NCBI GenBank assembly: GCA_963702095.1 | Contig: OY969706.1 | Location: forward strand, 576,001-640,000 | Reading direction: 5' to 3' | Origin: Candidatus Bathyarchaeota archaeon | Lineage (GTDB): Archaea; Thermoproteota; Bathyarchaeia; Bathyarchaeales; Bathycorpusculaceae | DNA: 64,000 bases | Part shown: one piece after another, positions 60,874 through 64,000 of the stretch | How the letters are laid out: every line of letters starts with the position of its first letter | Numbering within the stretch: the first letter of the stretch is position 1 | Notes under the pieces: model-generated | What the model saw: only the letters and a program-made list of their open reading frames with translations | The model's database searches: none | Told to the model about the DNA's origin: nothing | Made by a program: the position numbers and the translations under genes

Positions 60874-60917
60874 TGATATAACGCTCACTACAGAACAAAA
60901 CTGTTCTCACAGAGAAC
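60874..60917 (-). promoter_or_regulatory. Operator GTTC-N7-GAAC-N6-GTTC, then 11 nt, then TATA (TTATATCA)
   Basis: Minus strand GTTC TCTGTGA GAAC AGTTTT GTTC (60917-60893); 24/25 identical to the 56272 site. Confidence 0.8.
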
Positions 60918-60974
60918 ACATCAACCGCTAACCCCCAAGTACCTTTAAACGGTGGCATAACCTCTATGTTGTAG

Positions 60975-61184
60975 GTGCATTTTGTGGGTAATCGTTGGGT
61001 AGCAGTGCTCATCGCAGCTGTCTTCTTTACAGCTGCATTTCTGATTCTTTTCCAGCAGAAAGTGACGTTTGGGCTTTGGTTTCAATTTGGCGATTTGCAC
61101 CATGAAACTTTCGCCATTGCGGCGGTAACGCTGGGTTTAGGTGTGCTGATAGGTTCAGCAGTTACTGAAAATAACAAAAAATGA
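60975..61184 (+). CDS. Small two-TM membrane protein
   Basis: Two hydrophobic helices flanking DLHHE. Confidence 0.6.
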   Translation: MHFVGNRWVAVLIAAVFFTAAFLILFQQKVTFGLWFQFGDLHHETFAIAAVTLGLGVLIGSAVTENNKK

Positions 61185-61191
61185 GTAAACG

Positions 61192-61755
61192 CTACTTCAC
61201 TATTTCCCTGATAATGTCGTTGACCGCCATTACTCTCGCGTTGTAGACGTATTCTAAGTACTTCAGTCCCTCAACATGGTCTTTCTCAGTGAACGCTTCC
61301 ACCCCATCCTCCGCAATGACGATGTGGTAGCCCCGAAAGAAGGCATCCGCAGAAGTATGCCGCACACACATGTTCGTATGCAACCCCCCCAAAATAACGG
61401 TTTTTACGCCGTCGCCGTCATAGAGACTCCGCAGCAACGGATCCAGTCCTGTTTCGTAGAAACCGCTGTAGGTACGTTTCTCAACGATGTAGTCTTTGGT
61501 TTTGTCAGGTTCCAACTCGGGGATAACTTGTGCTCCGGGTGTGCCTTTTATGGCGTGAGTGCCCCATTTCCGTATGACTTCGATGTCTTGGGGGTAGTGG
61601 GCGTCGATGCTGTAGAGGACGGGTACATTGTTGAGGTGGGCTGCTACTACTATGCGTTTTAGGGGTTCGACTACTTTGTGGGCTCTTTTGGTTTTAAGTG
61701 GACCTGTGAAGAAATCGTTTTGTACATCGATAAGTATGACTGCAGGGTTTTTCAT
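61192..61755 (-). CDS. Isochorismatase/nicotinamidase-family cysteine hydrolase
   Basis: IDVQNDF, EKRTYSGF, TNMCVRHT. Confidence 0.92.
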   Translation of the reverse strand: MKNPAVILIDVQNDFFTGPLKTKRAHKVVEPLKRIVVAAHLNNVPVLYSIDAHYPQDIEVIRKWGTHAIKGTPGAQVIPELEPDKTKDYIVEKRTYSGFYETGLDPLLRSLYDGDGVKTVILGGLHTNMCVRHTSADAFFRGYHIVIAEDGVEAFTEKDHVEGLKYLEYVYNARVMAVNDIIREIVK

Positions 61756-61802
61756 AAAAACTCCCTAATAGAAAAACGATGGAGAACTACTTTAGTTTTA
61801 TC

Positions 61803-62852
61803 TTAGGGCTCGTAGGGTGCTTGGGTTAATTTTTCAGCGCCGTCTGGGGTGACGAGGACGGTGTCTTCGATTCTGACGCCGCCAAACCCGGGCAGATAAA
61901 TTCCCGGCTCATCCGTAACCACATTACCCGCTTGCAGCAAATCCCTGCTGTCGGGGCTCAAAATGGGGGTTTCATGCACTTCCAAACCCACTCCATGCCC
62001 CAGATTATGCACAAAATAATCGCCGAAACCAGCGTCCGCAATCGTATGGCGGGCTACAGAGTCGATTTCTCTGGCTAAAACATGGGGTTTAATGGCTTCA
62101 AACGCCTTCTGCTGCGCCAACCTCACTGCCTCATAGATTCTGGTTTGTTTCTCTGTGGGTTTTCCGCTGATGAAGGTTCGCGTGATGTCCGAACGGTAAA
62201 ACCGGTAGGTCGCCCCCAAATCGACGATGACGAAATCGCCTTCCCCAATGATTCTCTCCATAGCGGAGCCGTGGGGGTATGCACAGCATTCTCCACATGA
62301 TAAGATGGTTTCGAATGCTACTCCGTCTGAACCAGCTTTGCGCATGGCGTACTCGGCTTCGGCTGCCACTTGCTTCTCCGACACACCTACATGGATGGTT
62401 TCAGCGGCGGCTTTTAAGCCGGCGTCTGCGATTCTGCAGGCTTCATGTATAAATTTGATTTCTTCTGTATCCTTGACTTCGCGCAGGCTTCGGATTAGTT
62501 GGTTGGAAGGTTCCAGTTTTTCTTCGCCGCCCACTGCTTTAGCCAGCGCACGCCAACTCTCTATGGGCAACGTGTCCACTTTGAGTTTCGGCGTTTGAGT
62601 TTGCTCTGCGATTTTTTGCATGATGCTTTCGCCTCTTCTAAGAAGTTGAACCGTGAAGTCTTTAACTTCGGCTTTTGCCTGTTCATAGTTAACGCCTGAC
62701 ACAAACAGCACCCCTTCATCGTCTGGAGGAATGAATAGTGCGGTGGCGCCTTGGAAACCTGTAAAGTAGGCGATGTTGTAGGGGTTGAAGACTGCAAAAG
62801 CGGCTGGTTTTTCATGTTCTGAGATGGCTTTTCTTAGTTTGTCGATTCGCAT
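61803..62852 (-). CDS. Xaa-Pro aminopeptidase (M24)
   Basis: PHG, DLG...YRSDITRT, HNLGHGVGLEVHE, EPGIY, GVRIED. Confidence 0.93.
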   Translation of the reverse strand: MRIDKLRKAISEHEKPAAFAVFNPYNIAYFTGFQGATALFIPPDDEGVLFVSGVNYEQAKAEVKDFTVQLLRRGESIMQKIAEQTQTPKLKVDTLPIESWRALAKAVGGEEKLEPSNQLIRSLREVKDTEEIKFIHEACRIADAGLKAAAETIHVGVSEKQVAAEAEYAMRKAGSDGVAFETILSCGECCAYPHGSAMERIIGEGDFVIVDLGATYRFYRSDITRTFISGKPTEKQTRIYEAVRLAQQKAFEAIKPHVLAREIDSVARHTIADAGFGDYFVHNLGHGVGLEVHETPILSPDSRDLLQAGNVVTDEPGIYLPGFGGVRIEDTVLVTPDGAEKLTQAPYEP

Positions 62853-63063
62853 CTGGTTTACCACAGGATGGGATGGGGAGGGTTTGGTTTAAGTTTTCGC
62901 TTCCTCTGCTTCTGTGGCTAACAAACAGTTACCCATAACCCTCCAATAACCTGCAGACAGTTGCACAAAAAACATGAAATTCTACCTGAACAGCCCATTA
63001 GATTAATATAGGGTTCATATTGTTCCATACTCTTTTAACACTCACCTCTTGGAGAAGACTCGT

Positions 63064-64000
63064 TTGTTCGGCTACGCAGGAAAAATCTTGTATGTTGATT
63101 TAACAACAGGAAAAACACGCACCGAAAAACTTCCACAAGAAACCGCAAAGAAATACGTTGGCGGCATAGGTTTAGGCATGTATTTGTGGTTGTCTAACTC
63201 AAAAGCGGCTGTAGAACCCCTAAGCCCCAGCAACCCGCTTGTTCTCGCGATTGGACCCTTATCTGGAACGATGTTTCCCACAGGAGGCAACGGACACGTT
63301 TTCGTTGCCAAGTCTCCCGTAACCAACGGAGTAGGCACAGCAGTAAGCCACGGCACCTTCGGAACCGAACTCAAACGAGCCGGATACGACGCTGTAATAA
63401 TCACTGGTAAAGCCAAAGAACCTGTTTACCTCTGGATCGACGATAACCGCATCCAACTTAAAGATGCCAACCACCTGTGGGGCAGATCCACGGGGGAAAC
63501 CGAAGAGGCTGTCATAGACGAGATCGGCGACTACTACGTCCGTGTAGCCTCCATCGGTTTAGCAGGTGAAAAACAGTCAAAAATCGCCAACATAATCAAT
63601 GACGTAACCCGTGCCGCCGGCAGAACCGGTTTAGGCGCTGTTATGGGCAGCAAAAACCTCAAAGCCATAGCTGTAAGGGGAACCCACGACGTCGCCATAG
63701 CGAAACCTGAAGAATTCTTCGATATAGTTCAAGATTTCCATGAACGCATGAAGGGTCCAGCGGCACAGAAACACCGCACAGTAGGCACAATCCAGAACCT
63801 CACCGTAAACAACGACTTAACATGTTTGCCGACAAACAACTTTAACGGTTCACACTTTCTCAACGCAGAAAAAATCAGCGCCGAAGTCCTAAATGAACAC
63901 TATATCAGAAAAATCATCGCCTGTAACTCATGCGCCATGCGGTGTGAACACGAAGCCTCCATTAGAGAAGGCACCTTCACAGGCACAATGGCACGTATGG
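63064..64000 (+). CDS. Aldehyde:ferredoxin oxidoreductase family, 3'-truncated by the window edge
   Basis: TTG start; FGYAGKILYVDL, KSPVT, ELKRAGYDA, AAGRTGLGAVMGSKNLKAI. Confidence 0.92.
   Translation, partial: MFGYAGKILYVDLTTGKTRTEKLPQETAKKYVGGIGLGMYLWLSNSKAAVEPLSPSNPLVLAIGPLSGTMFPTGGNGHVFVAKSPVTNGVGTAVSHGTFGTELKRAGYDAVIITGKAKEPVYLWIDDNRIQLKDANHLWGRSTGETEEAVIDEIGDYYVRVASIGLAGEKQSKIANIINDVTRAAGRTGLGAVMGSKNLKAIAVRGTHDVAIAKPEEFFDIVQDFHERMKGPAAQKHRTVGTIQNLTVNNDLTCLPTNNFNGSHFLNAEKISAEVLNEHYIRKIIACNSCAMRCEHEASIREGTFTGTMARM

Overview
Archaeal chromosomal segment, most consistent with Bathyarchaeia (inferred from TFB, PurP pair, HdrCB-MvhGA, an EF-2 paralog and expanded beta-propeller/beta-helix surface proteins with Pro/Thr linkers). 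Ordinary content: tfb, aIF1/SUI1, tRNA-Gln(TTG), tRNA-Ile2(CAT), purE/purC/purP/purP, corA, ogg, msrB, vapBC, lsrF-like aldolase plus Zn-dehydrogenase, Xaa-Pro peptidase and a partial aldehyde:ferredoxin oxidoreductase. Energy genes: a complete bacterial-style hoxEFUYH (group 3d) hydrogenase operon, an hdrCB-mvhGA-protease cluster and an ACD-GNAT fusion. Best leads: (1) a two-gene module present twice, an N-terminally anchored extracellular protein plus a membrane-tethered LexA-like wHTH, with a GTTC-N7-GAAC-N6-GTTC site exactly 11 nt upstream of the TATA box of both modules and of an ABC-exporter operon; (2) a ~150-nt structured element with an invariant 28-nt hairpin directly after all three beta-propeller genes, partly antisense to the RBS/start of one of them; (3) an orphan contractile-injection tube plus tube-initiator gene pair; (4) a ~205-nt dispersed intergenic repeat; (5) a second palindromic site, GTCAAG-N4-CTTGAC, 8 nt upstream of three TATA boxes. 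Several accessory genes carry short indels that may be assembly errors. All calls were made by eye; no database searches were run.
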